DNA of 64,000 nucleotides, from positions 1 to 64,000 of IMG/VR virus record IMGVR_UViG_3300025652_000049; one strand, given 5' to 3'. Origin of the DNA: a virus. Below, piece after piece: positions 43,776 to 51,385 of the stretch (the stretch's first letter is position 1; each line of letters opens with the position of its first letter). The position numbers and the translations under genes are program-made. Below the pieces are notes generated by a model, which was not told the DNA's origin, did no database searches, and saw nothing but the letters and a program-made list of their open reading frames with translations.

Positions 43776-45430
43776 CCGAACATTGGATTAGGACTCGTAG
43801 TTTTACTGTAAACCGATGGGTCAATTATTACACACTCTGTTGTCAATAGCATTCCAGAAATAGAACCTGCGTTTTGCAAAGCTACTCGCGTAACCTTTAC
43901 TGGATCTATAATTCCTTGTTTAATCATACTCTCAACAAAGACACCAGCTCTAGCATCATAACCATGTTCCCAATTATTTTGACAATTGTCAAAATCTTCT
44001 AAATCTATTTCTTCAACTCCTACATTACTTATTATCTGATTAAATGGAGATTTAATAGCTTCCATCACAATATCAATACCAGCCTGTAAAGATGGATTAT
44101 TGTTTCTTGTTTCAATTTCCATCTTGCTTAATGATAGCAAAGCCGTTCCACCACCGGGAATAATACCTTCCTGAACAGCGTTCTTAGTCGCGTGCAAAGC
44201 ATCGTTAATCCTATGCTGCTTTTCTAGAAACTCTGTGTCTGAATAAGCACCAAGATTTATATAAGCTACACCATCAGTAAGCCTAGAGATACGCATATGT
44301 AATATGTTTTTCTCATAAGGAGTTGTTACAGTTTTTATTTTTTCTCGTAAAGAATCTGCTCTTTCTTCCATTTGCTTACGAACCTTCGCTCTGTATTCTT
44401 TTGTTCCAGCTACGCCTTTAATGGAAGTATATTGTAAACCAACACTAATGCCTTTTGCTTTTGGTAAAGAAGCCATTACATCCTCTTTAGCAAGACTATT
44501 AAACTGAACACCTTCTTCTTTAAGAAACGGAGCTTTGCCAAGGGCAGAACCTATATCTCTAAGAGTATGCATTTGCTCATCACCGAAGTCTGGAGCTACA
44601 CACACGCATACTTTAAAGTTTGCCTTTGCGACATTAGTAACTAACATTGACAATACAACATCATCGATTTTAGGAACTACAATAAGTAAATTAGCCGTTT
44701 CTTCATTAACAGTTTCTAACAAATGATTGAAGTTCTCACTTACATCTGTAAGAGGCTCATTACTAAGATACACATAGGTTTCGTCAAACTCACAAGTCTC
44801 GTTCTTCATGTCTGTCATAAAGTAAGGAGAAGCTAACCCCATTGGTAAGTTCATTCCTTGAATTGTAGTCAAATACGTTTCATATGTTCTAGATCGTTTG
44901 ATGTTTACGATACCTTGCTTTCCAGCAGCTTCGTAAGCTTGAATAACTAAATCTGCAATTTCCTCATCGTTATTAGAAGATATCAAAGCAACTTGCTTTA
45001 ACATTTTTGGAGAATCTTTAACCGAAATAGATTTTGACTCTAAGGCATCTACAATTAATGAAATACACTTATCAATACCTCTTTTAACTTCTAAGCGGTT
45101 GAGGTTTTTATCTAAGTTAACTCCAGCTTTGAAAATAGCTGCGGCCAAAACTGTTGCAGTCGTGGTACCATCTCCTGCTAGTTCATCAGATTTGTTGGCA
45201 ACATCCTGAACCGATTCTATAGCAACCATCTCAATAGGTACGTCAGAGAAAACTTCTCTAGCAACTGTTACTCCATCCTTAACCGAGAAAGGACGAGCCT
45301 CACCTTTTACCCTAATCAGAACATTAGATCCGCTTGGACCCAATGTAACCTTTACCGCTTTTTCAATTTGTTCAAGACCCGAAAGCAATCCTTTACGAGC
45401 CTCATCACCATATATAATATTTTTGTTCAT
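43772..45430 (-). CDS. groL: Chaperonin GroEL (group I)
   Basis: VKVTLGPSG.NV, KDGVTVARE, AGDGTTTATV, APDFGD, EGIIPGGG, IIDPVKVTR.AL.NA. Confidence 0.96.
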   Translation of the reverse strand: MNKNIIYGDEARKGLLSGLEQIEKAVKVTLGPSGSNVLIRVKGEARPFSVKDGVTVAREVFSDVPIEMVAIESVQDVANKSDELAGDGTTTATVLAAAIFKAGVNLDKNLNRLEVKRGIDKCISLIVDALESKSISVKDSPKMLKQVALISSNNDEEIADLVIQAYEAAGKQGIVNIKRSRTYETYLTTIQGMNLPMGLASPYFMTDMKNETCEFDETYVYLSNEPLTDVSENFNHLLETVNEETANLLIVVPKIDDVVLSMLVTNVAKANFKVCVCVAPDFGDEQMHTLRDIGSALGKAPFLKEEGVQFNSLAKEDVMASLPKAKGISVGLQYTSIKGVAGTKEYRAKVRKQMEERADSLREKIKTVTTPYEKNILHMRISRLTDGVAYINLGAYSDTEFLEKQHRINDALHATKNAVQEGIIPGGGTALLSLSKMEIETRNNNPSLQAGIDIVMEAIKSPFNQIISNVGVEEIDLEDFDNCQNNWEHGYDARAGVFVESMIKQGIIDPVKVTRVALQNAGSISGMLLTTECVIIDPSVYSKTTSPNPMFG

Positions 45431-46147
45431 TTATTTTCTAAGTTTTGCGAGTTTATATCCTAATTCAAAACGTGCTTCACAATAATGTGACCAAGCATTA
45501 GTAATACTAACATTTACTTTAACTGCATCTTTAAAATAACCGTTTGTACCATTTTCATAACAAGCAGCAATTAAAGAATATATAGACTTTTTAATACTAG
45601 ATATTCCTTCGCGTGCTTCTAATGTAGCTTCTAAAGAACCAAGAAGACTAAACTCACGAACATCAGCAGCAATCTCTTTATCTTCTTTTACAACATCTGT
45701 AGTAGCAGGAATATCAAATGCTGTTTTAACCTCAACATTATAAGGATTCTGTGTTCCAATAGCACCAAGTAGTTGGCCCAACCAAGCTCTACCGTTATTC
45801 ATAGAATCATTTAAAGAAGCACTAAAAATGTTTCGATTTCCTAAAATAATCTTTTGCATCCTGTCAGCATTCTTACGAATCTCTTTGATGTGCTCAATTA
45901 ATTCTGAATTAGGATTAATAGTTTCATCACTAAGGTCTGGAGATTTTGTTTCACTCATTGCCTTAGCAATCTGAGCATTCTCTTTAGCACCATCGATAAC
46001 CTGTTCTTCATCAAGAATAATAGGATCCACAACTGGAACATCAAATGCAACCACATCTTCTTTTTTAACCATAGCTTTCTTTTTAGCTACTGGCTTTTTA
46101 GCTACTGGCTTTTTTGCTTTGTCTTCATTACTTTTTTTAGCAGACAT
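45431..46147 (-). CDS. Hypothetical protein with Lys-rich KKPVAKKPVA N-terminal tail
   Basis: 238-aa ORF; 15-nt tandem repeat at ~46080-46112. Confidence 0.6.
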   Translation of the reverse strand: MSAKKSNEDKAKKPVAKKPVAKKKAMVKKEDVVAFDVPVVDPIILDEEQVIDGAKENAQIAKAMSETKSPDLSDETINPNSELIEHIKEIRKNADRMQKIILGNRNIFSASLNDSMNNGRAWLGQLLGAIGTQNPYNVEVKTAFDIPATTDVVKEDKEIAADVREFSLLGSLEATLEAREGISSIKKSIYSLIAACYENGTNGYFKDAVKVNVSITNAWSHYCEARFELGYKLAKLRK

Positions 46148-46163
46148 AATAAATTATTTTAAA

Positions 46164-46499
46164 TTAAACTTCCTTGAAAATATACTCATCTAAACGAATA
46201 GCAATAACAGCTTCTTTCGTTACATTTAAAAAACGCTCCCTTTCTCCAACACCAGGAAACTTCATCATCGTTGAAACATGACTGTGATAAAAAACAACAC
46301 AACCAACTGCCGCCGCATTACCCTGTTCACCAACAGCCTCAATCACTCCTACATCATATAGATACTCTTCCGCATCCGATGTAGAGAACTGACTAGAATT
46401 CTTATTCTTATAATAATCTTCTAGAGGGGTAACCAATAAATTAGTCTCTCCGACCCAAATACCTTCTAGCCCTTTAATAACACTCATTACTTTATTCAT
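46164..46499 (-). CDS. Divergent GroES-like co-chaperonin
   Basis: LLVTP...GVIEAVGE...VGCVVFY...FLNVTKEAVIA mirrors the GroES G.V.AVG / VGD.V / L...DILA pattern; one gene upstream of groL. Confidence 0.72.
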   Translation of the reverse strand: MNKVMSVIKGLEGIWVGETNLLVTPLEDYYKNKNSSQFSTSDAEEYLYDVGVIEAVGEQGNAAAVGCVVFYHSHVSTMMKFPGVGERERFLNVTKEAVIAIRLDEYIFKEV

Positions 46500-46522
46500 A
46501 AAATATTATTTATAATTTTTAA

Positions 46523-46554
46523 CAAATCTACGCCTATTAGACGTAATCCGCAAA
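46523..46554 (-). promoter_or_regulatory. Bacteroidota sigma70 promoter (TTTG-N20-TAGATTTG) containing palindromic operator TACGCC-N5-GACGTA
   Basis: -33 and -7 elements with canonical spacing upstream of the GroES-like gene. Confidence 0.7.
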
Positions 46555-46766
46555 CTTTTATAATAGTACATCCATACATCCCCTTTTCCTCCACATACAT
46601 CATAACCTATTATAATAAAAAACCACCTGCCGAAACAGGTGGAAAAAGTATTGAGTTAATTAAAACTACATTCATTATAGCAAGTGCAAGATACAAAAAA
46701 AAGCCTAACACGAATGCAAGGCTTTAAATTCAAATATTTAGATATCCATTATGTCCTTAGACGCAC

Positions 46767-47120
46767 CTAATTATAAACCGAGCGAAAGCTCGACAATCTA
46801 TTGGGGAGGGTTTCTAATGGTGGCTTCTCGATAATGCTTATGTAATTATATTTATAACGACTCCTTCGAAACAAGTCTGGGCCCATATACGAGGGAACAA
46901 AAAACGTGCGATCAATACGATTAATCTTTTCTAAGGTAGAAGCACTTGTTATCTGATAATCAAAACTCTCTGTTTGATTAAGGACAACTGCATCCGGTGA
47001 AACTGAATCAACGAATGATACTAGCTCAATGCCAACATCATCATCTAATAGCTTAGGAACCTCTGCCGAAGCAATGGAAAACGTAAAAGCCATTAGGAGT
47101 ACTACAAGGAAATTTTTCAT
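46767..47120 (-). CDS. Secreted hypothetical protein (Sec signal peptide)
   Basis: MKNFLVVLLMAFTFSIASA signal peptide from ATG 47120; flanked by terminator-like hairpins (~46620-46650, ~46700-46726, ~47166-47196). Confidence 0.6.
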   Translation of the reverse strand: MKNFLVVLLMAFTFSIASAEVPKLLDDDVGIELVSFVDSVSPDAVVLNQTESFDYQITSASTLEKINRIDRTFFVPSYMGPDLFRRSRYKYNYISIIEKPPLETLPNRLSSFRSVYN

Positions 47121-47261
47121 TGTATTTCTGTATTTAATGATTAATAAAGTATAAATATATAAAAAAAATGCTTCCCTACTACAAGAAGCATTTTTCATAT
47201 CAACTAATTAACTAAAAAACATACCAACCAAATATGTCTTATGAAAACATAAATATACAAC

Positions 47262-47465
47262 TTATTTCGGAACTGTATAATCAAGGATAATATGAACCAT
47301 AGCCTCAAATTTAAAATTGTCAGCAATCTCACTCGCGCTATTTTTGTGAAAAGTAGGATATAAAAAAATATTGCAGTACCCATGAATCTCAGCACCATCC
47401 ATACCCTTATCTATCATACGAGCAATAATATCATCATTCCAATATGGCGTCTTACACCTACTCAT
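47262..47465 (-). CDS. Hypothetical protein
   Basis: 67-aa ORF followed by a terminator hairpin. Confidence 0.45.
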   Translation of the reverse strand: MSRCKTPYWNDDIIARMIDKGMDGAEIHGYCNIFLYPTFHKNSASEIADNFKFEAMVHIILDYTVPK

Positions 47466-47587
47466 ATTTCTTATTCTTTAATCTGAAACATTCCTCAGTA
47501 AAACCTCGCATCAATAAACGATTCCGAATACGCCTCTCTAAACATAATTCTACCATAACACCACTATTTATATTAATATCTATTAAG

Positions 47588-47610
47588 CAAAACTACGTCA
47601 AATAGACGTA
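47588..47610 (-). promoter_or_regulatory. -7 element TAGTTTTG with perfect palindrome TACGTC-N5-GACGTA
   Basis: Same arrangement as at 46523-46545; first leftward promoter at the strand switch. Confidence 0.6.
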
Positions 47611-47677
47611 ACAAAAAAACCAAACATAAAATAAAAAATTTCCAAAATTTATTCGCTCGTTTGCTTAATAGTAAAAT

Positions 47678-47713
47678 TCCCCCTACCATAATCTTGTTTA
47701 TGGGGTAGGGGGG
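47678..47713. repeat. GC-rich inverted repeat at the strand-switch point
   Basis: CCCCCTACC-ATAA...TTAT-GG-GGTAGGGG. Confidence 0.7.
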
Positions 47714-47722
47714 TCTCTATTA

Positions 47723-47738
47723 AAAACTCATAAAAGAG
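47723..47738 (+). promoter_or_regulatory. Repeated early motif AAAACTCATAAAAGAG, copy 1
   Basis: Recurs at 48198, 50541, 53971 and 56274. Confidence 0.7.
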
Positions 47739-47781
47739 AGTCCTAATCGTTAGTGTCTCTTTATAATTTAATTTATTTACT

Positions 47782-47940
47782 ATGTCTTATTTATCATCAC
47801 TTCGTACCAAAGTATCGACCCTTAATGCACAACCTGTGCCTAACTCTTACACCAAGCTTGACATCTTTCGTGTTAAAGCTACAGTTGTTGCTGGCTTTAC
47901 TGTGGGGTATATTCAAGGATCATTAACTAAAACTAAATAG
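47782..47940 (+). CDS. Small early protein, 52 aa (not in ORF track)
   Basis: MSYLSSLRTKVSTLNAQPVPNSYTKLDIFRVKATVVAGFTVGYIQGSLTKTK; AT-rich leader; ends 4 nt before the next ATG. Confidence 0.6.
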   Translation: MSYLSSLRTKVSTLNAQPVPNSYTKLDIFRVKATVVAGFTVGYIQGSLTKTK

Positions 47941-47944
47941 ACTC

Positions 47945-48199
47945 ATGGCTATCAAGAAATCTACTACCATTGCATCAGCTGTCGCTGCTGCTGGAACTAC
48001 TGCATCCATCTGGCATGCCTCTACTGCCACTACTATGGCTGTCACATCTACTGCTGGCGCTACCGCCGGCTCAGGCACAATGGTCTTTAAGACTGTTGCC
48101 GCAGGCTTGGGCTCCAAGCTTCTCATCGGTGCTTTATGCATCGGTGCTACTGCTGCCGTCACCTACATGGTTTACACTCACCTAGAGAGTAAATCATAA
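47945..48199 (+). CDS. Ala/Thr/Gly-rich small membrane protein
   Basis: 84 aa with a hydrophobic C-terminal helix. Confidence 0.65.
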   Translation: MAIKKSTTIASAVAAAGTTASIWHASTATTMAVTSTAGATAGSGTMVFKTVAAGLGSKLLIGALCIGATAAVTYMVYTHLESKS

Positions 48200-48212
48200 A
48201 CTCATAAAAGAG
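48198..48212 (+). promoter_or_regulatory. Repeated early motif, copy 2
   Basis: AAACTCATAAAAGAG overlapping the stop codon. Confidence 0.65.
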
Positions 48213-48224
48213 AACTTTTGTTCA

Positions 48225-48265
48225 TCCTCTTGCTCATCCTCTTGGATAGGCAAGGGGCTTTTTCT
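48225..48265 (+). terminator. Terminator-like hairpin
   Basis: CCTCTTGC...GCAAGGGG followed by CTTTTTCT. Confidence 0.55.
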
Positions 48266-48269
48266 AATT

Positions 48270-48318
48270 CTGTCGTGTAGTATGTGCTACACCTGATGAG
48301 GTTGTTAGACCGAAACAG
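48270..48318 (+). ncRNA. Type III hammerhead ribozyme
   Basis: CUGUC (GUC cleavage triplet, cut after 48274) - stem I GUGUAG/CUACAC - CUGAUGA - stem II GGUU(GUUA)GACC - GAAA - CAG closing stem III. Confidence 0.88.
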
Positions 48319-48337
48319 TTACTTAATACTTATTCTA

Positions 48338-48613
48338 ATGGTACATTCCTTCTCATCCGACTATAAGAACGGCAACATCACTATCACCTTCACCGATGGT
48401 GATGAGGTTAAGACGATCTTCTTTGTTAATAGCACTGTCGCATACGACATCGCTTATAACACACTTCAATGGCGATATGATATGTCTGGTTACACAGAAT
48501 ATCAAGGAGACTCTGGCTACTTAAAAGCCATCACACACATGCGCAAATGTGGTCTCTCATTCATGAAGCATCCACAAGATTGCGACATGTTTATTCCCCA
48601 CTATAAAGCATGA
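48338..48613 (+). CDS. Hypothetical early protein (91 aa)
   Basis: ATG 48338 just downstream of the ribozyme; the ORF-track start at 48284 lies inside the ribozyme. Confidence 0.65.
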   Translation: MVHSFSSDYKNGNITITFTDGDEVKTIFFVNSTVAYDIAYNTLQWRYDMSGYTEYQGDSGYLKAITHMRKCGLSFMKHPQDCDMFIPHYKA

Positions 48614-48652
48614 CATCATGTCAATTTATAGCCTTCAAACTACATCTGTAGA

Positions 48653-48714
48653 GTAAGCGAGATCTGTTTACCCAAATCTATTAATCTATTTTGGGTAAGC
48701 AGGATCTGTTTACC
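48653..48714 (+). repeat. Two copies of 20-nt GTAAGCRRGATCTGTTTACC hairpin motif
   Basis: Copies at 48653-48672 and 48695-48714; third copy at 52297-52316. Confidence 0.75.
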
Positions 48715-49180
48715 GCCCGATTACGATGATGCCAATGTTTACAGGGCTTCACACGTTTTACCTAAAAAAGTCGTATAGTATATACTATATATACCGACGG
48801 ACTAGGACGTGGCAGAGACTGACAGAGTGTGCTCAATCAGTATGTGTCCTCTTAGTCTAACTTGGTAAACCACTGCGGTTCTCTGCGGTGTTATACTAAT
48901 GTTATCTGTCTTATTATAAGCTGTCATTGTTTGTTATTAAAAAGGCGTAGTTATGTGCCTACTATGGTGCATTACTATTTTGTTATTTATAAACATCTTT
49001 TACTTTATTAACGTAGTGATTGCTTGCGGTCACTATGTTGATTTATTTAAGTTACTGCGGTAGTTTACTATCGCTTCGTCTTCGTTCGGTGCTACGCACC
49101 TCTCTCATCCTCGCTAGGGGATATTATTTAATTTATTATTTATTTATTTAAAATCATCTGATTCCAAGGATGTAAAATAC

Positions 49181-49477
49181 TTGGTCACTATTGTTATGAT
49201 ATCTATATCGCTTGATGATGTTGTTATTGCGAAGCAATCTGCTACTGGTTATGCACCTCTATGTATGGAGGTTGCTAACGTTGCAATATATCTTCATCGT
49301 GAGAGAACACATGGGTTCTCTAACTACTCTTTCAGGTTATGTCCTGACGACAACTGCTATTATGGTAAGATTCGAGGCTCTGTTCAAGGGCTTGAGCTTG
49401 CTATGGCAGATATTGAATTCTTTGGTATTTCTATCAAAGACTTCGACAGATACCTACGTCCTCTTTTAGACGACTAG
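49181..49477 (+). CDS. Hypothetical early protein
   Basis: 98-aa ORF, start uncertain. Confidence 0.55.
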   Translation: MVTIVMISISLDDVVIAKQSATGYAPLCMEVANVAIYLHRERTHGFSNYSFRLCPDDNCYYGKIRGSVQGLELAMADIEFFGISIKDFDRYLRPLLDD

Positions 49478-49484
49478 GTATCAA

Positions 49485-49534
49485 TGCATGTATGGTATGA
49501 TTACCTAGAGGTTCGATTCCTCTTCATGCAGCTA
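49485..49534 (+). ncRNA. tRNA-like mini-element (acceptor-like stem, one short hairpin, canonical T-arm)
   Basis: TGCATG/CATGCA stem, GGTA-TGAT-TACC hairpin, AGAGG-TTCGATT-CCTCT T-arm, then GCTA. Confidence 0.62.
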
Positions 49535-49576
49535 ACTTTAAATCTAAAAGGTTGTGACTTACCACACACATTTATT

Positions 49577-49948
49577 ATGAGAAAATTATCTTTATTACGT
49601 GAATCTCTTATGCAGTCTAAGACTGCTGCTACTTCTATGGAAACCTTCAACAACTTAAGGTTTACTAGTCTATCCTCTGCTTATGAACATAAGATTGTTG
49701 CTGACAAAATCAACTCAAACAATTACAAAACTATGCTTACTGCTAGTGGTATTGTTTGGGGTGCTGCTATTGGAACTTATGTTGCAGGCTCAACACTACT
49801 TGTTGCAGGCGCAGTATTAGCAGGAACTACTGTTGTTGGCACTGCTACTGCTCTTGCTGTTAACAACAGGCGTATTATTAAAAACTCTAATGAGTTTTTG
49901 AATAACGGAGATTACATTACTCCTGAGCCTATAACTATTAATCTTTAA
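49577..49948 (+). CDS. Early membrane protein with glycine-zipper-like helices
   Basis: Start MRKLS after ACATTTATT leader; GAAIG/AGAVLAG/VGTATA hydrophobic stretch. Confidence 0.65.
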   Translation: MRKLSLLRESLMQSKTAATSMETFNNLRFTSLSSAYEHKIVADKINSNNYKTMLTASGIVWGAAIGTYVAGSTLLVAGAVLAGTTVVGTATALAVNNRRIIKNSNEFLNNGDYITPEPITINL

Positions 49949-49958
49949 TCTATAAACT

Positions 49959-50114
49959 ATGTACAATCCTCGTCTTATTATCTCAGCTATGAGAACTTAT
50001 GGTTGCTCTGCTATTGAAGCTATTCAATGGCTTGGGCAACCTCATGAAAATGCATTCTTATTTACTAACGGCAATGTTCATATTCCAGAGTGCTGGAATA
50101 CTGATGCCATTTAA
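49959..50114 (+). CDS. Small early protein, 51 aa (not in ORF track)
   Basis: MYNPRLIISAMRTYGCSAIEAIQWLGQPHENAFLFTNGNVHIPECWNTDAI; fills the gap between neighbours, TAAACT leader. Confidence 0.6.
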   Translation: MYNPRLIISAMRTYGCSAIEAIQWLGQPHENAFLFTNGNVHIPECWNTDAI

Positions 50115-50126
50115 AACCTATCTATT

Positions 50127-50369
50127 ATGGATTCTTATTTCCTTGCACAGTTATTACGTCTAAAGATACACCTAATCACTATCAATGATTGTGATGATGT
50201 TGTTGCCTACTATACTGAAAAGTTTGTCAATACTGATAAACACGTCTTCATTTATACTCATGGGTACTTCAGTACCAATTCTAATAGTTGGGTTAATAAA
50301 ACCCATATCGTCACCTCCAGTGAGGATCTTGAGTATCACCTAAAGAACTTTGGTAAATCTTTTTACTAA
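50127..50369 (+). CDS. Hypothetical early protein
   Basis: 80-aa ORF in the operon. Confidence 0.6.
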   Translation: MDSYFLAQLLRLKIHLITINDCDDVVAYYTEKFVNTDKHVFIYTHGYFSTNSNSWVNKTHIVTSSEDLEYHLKNFGKSFY

Positions 50370-50383
50370 AAACTATATAAACT

Positions 50384-50551
50384 ATGAATTATAATATTCC
50401 TGTTATTGAATTAGACCTATCCATTCGGCTTCTCAATGTGTTAAAGCGTAATGGTATATTCTTTTTGTCTGACATTAAAAACATCGATAATGTTAAATGG
50501 CTTGACAAACGTACCAAAGATGAGCTATTGTTAGCTCTCAAAAACTCATAA
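50384..50551 (+). CDS. RNA polymerase alpha-CTD-like miniprotein, 55 aa (not in ORF track)
   Basis: PVIELDLSIRLLNVLKRNGIFFLSDI...WLDKRTKDELLLAL resembles alpha-CTD (LELTVRSANCLKAEAI..IGDL...LGKKSLTEIKDVL). Confidence 0.65.
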   Translation: MNYNIPVIELDLSIRLLNVLKRNGIFFLSDIKNIDNVKWLDKRTKDELLLALKNS

Positions 50552-50556
50552 AAGAG
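50541..50556 (+). promoter_or_regulatory. Repeated early motif, copy 3
   Basis: AAAACTCATAAAAGAG, identical to copy 1. Confidence 0.7.
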
Positions 50557-50559
50557 TAC

Positions 50560-50629
50560 CACGTATTAAAGAGTTTCTTGCGTGTCTAAATAACGAAGCC
50601 TCTTAACCCTAGCCCTCTTTTGGGGGCTA
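50560..50629 (+). ncRNA. Candidate H-type pseudoknot plus hairpin in a 5' leader
   Basis: CACGTA/TGCGTG stem; its loop AAGAGTTTC can pair with GAAG-C-CTCTT; AAATA linker; TAGCCCTC-TTTT-GGGGGCTA hairpin. Confidence 0.45.
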
Positions 50630-50674
50630 ACATTGCGCGATGTCAAGCGCATTATAAGTGTGACCACATTTATT

Positions 50675-51004
50675 ATGAAAGCACCTGCTTTTAAATCAAT
50701 CCTAGCTACGGCTATTGGGTATGCCTCTGGCGATGCCCACATTATTGTTCAATCAATGGCTGACGGTATCGTTCGCTTTGAGTCTAAGCTTGTTAACAAG
50801 CTGACCAAAGAATCACGTCACGACATTGAAAAACAACGTCATCAGCACACAGTTGAGACACAAGAGCTTGTTAAAGCCACTACTGCTAGAGCTGTAGGCT
50901 TTATCGGAGCGATATTCAAAGCTTCTACTAAACCATTAGTTAGTGGTGAGAATATAAATTTCGAGGAAGGACAAACCATTTATGCTCCTGAATCAAATGC
51001 GTAA
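50675..51004 (+). CDS. Hypothetical early protein
   Basis: Start MKAPAF after ACATTTATT leader. Confidence 0.6.
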   Translation: MKAPAFKSILATAIGYASGDAHIIVQSMADGIVRFESKLVNKLTKESRHDIEKQRHQHTVETQELVKATTARAVGFIGAIFKASTKPLVSGENINFEEGQTIYAPESNA

Positions 51005-51377
51005 CTCTCACAAGGGAGCTATATTATTTATAGCCATCTGTATATTGGCATTCCTAATTGGCAGTTATATCTTAACTGCTACATTCTTTGGAGTGCTAAT
51101 ATTAGTTGGTTTAATAGTGCTCATCGAAAGCATCCCACCTTTACGGTGGTTGATGGCAAAGACCTCAAGAGTCGTAGACATATGCATCTTTGTATTCTCC
51201 ATTATAGCAATGGCATCTTATGGCTTAAACATCACCGCTGCGCTTACCGTAGCTGGTGTTGGTTACACATTGATATATGCACCCCATTTAAGGGAGCAGA
51301 GTATCATTAATAAAAACAAAACTAACCGATCCGCAGCGGCCGGTTATAAATCTAAATTTAATCACAATCCAAAATAA
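50997..51377 (+). CDS. Multi-pass membrane protein (about 4 TM)
   Basis: Long hydrophobic segments. Confidence 0.7.
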   Translation: MRNSHKGAILFIAICILAFLIGSYILTATFFGVLILVGLIVLIESIPPLRWLMAKTSRVVDICIFVFSIIAMASYGLNITAALTVAGVGYTLIYAPHLREQSIINKNKTNRSAAAGYKSKFNHNPK

Positions 51378-51385
51378 GTATTATT

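Noticed and set aside
48284-48337. ORF-track start at 48284 (likewise 49484 and 50633)
   Set aside because: These extensions run through structured RNA elements; downstream ATGs have typical AT-rich Bacteroidota leaders
48653-48714. Mini CRISPR array
   Set aside because: Only two adjacent 20-nt repeats with a 22-nt self-complementary spacer; no cas genes
49485-49534. Bona fide tRNA gene
   Set aside because: Only about 50 nt, with no separate D and anticodon arms
50560-50640. Canonical pistol ribozyme or SAM-II riboswitch
   Set aside because: Topology is similar, but the conserved GCG/GU core (pistol) and the SAM-binding nucleotides are not found
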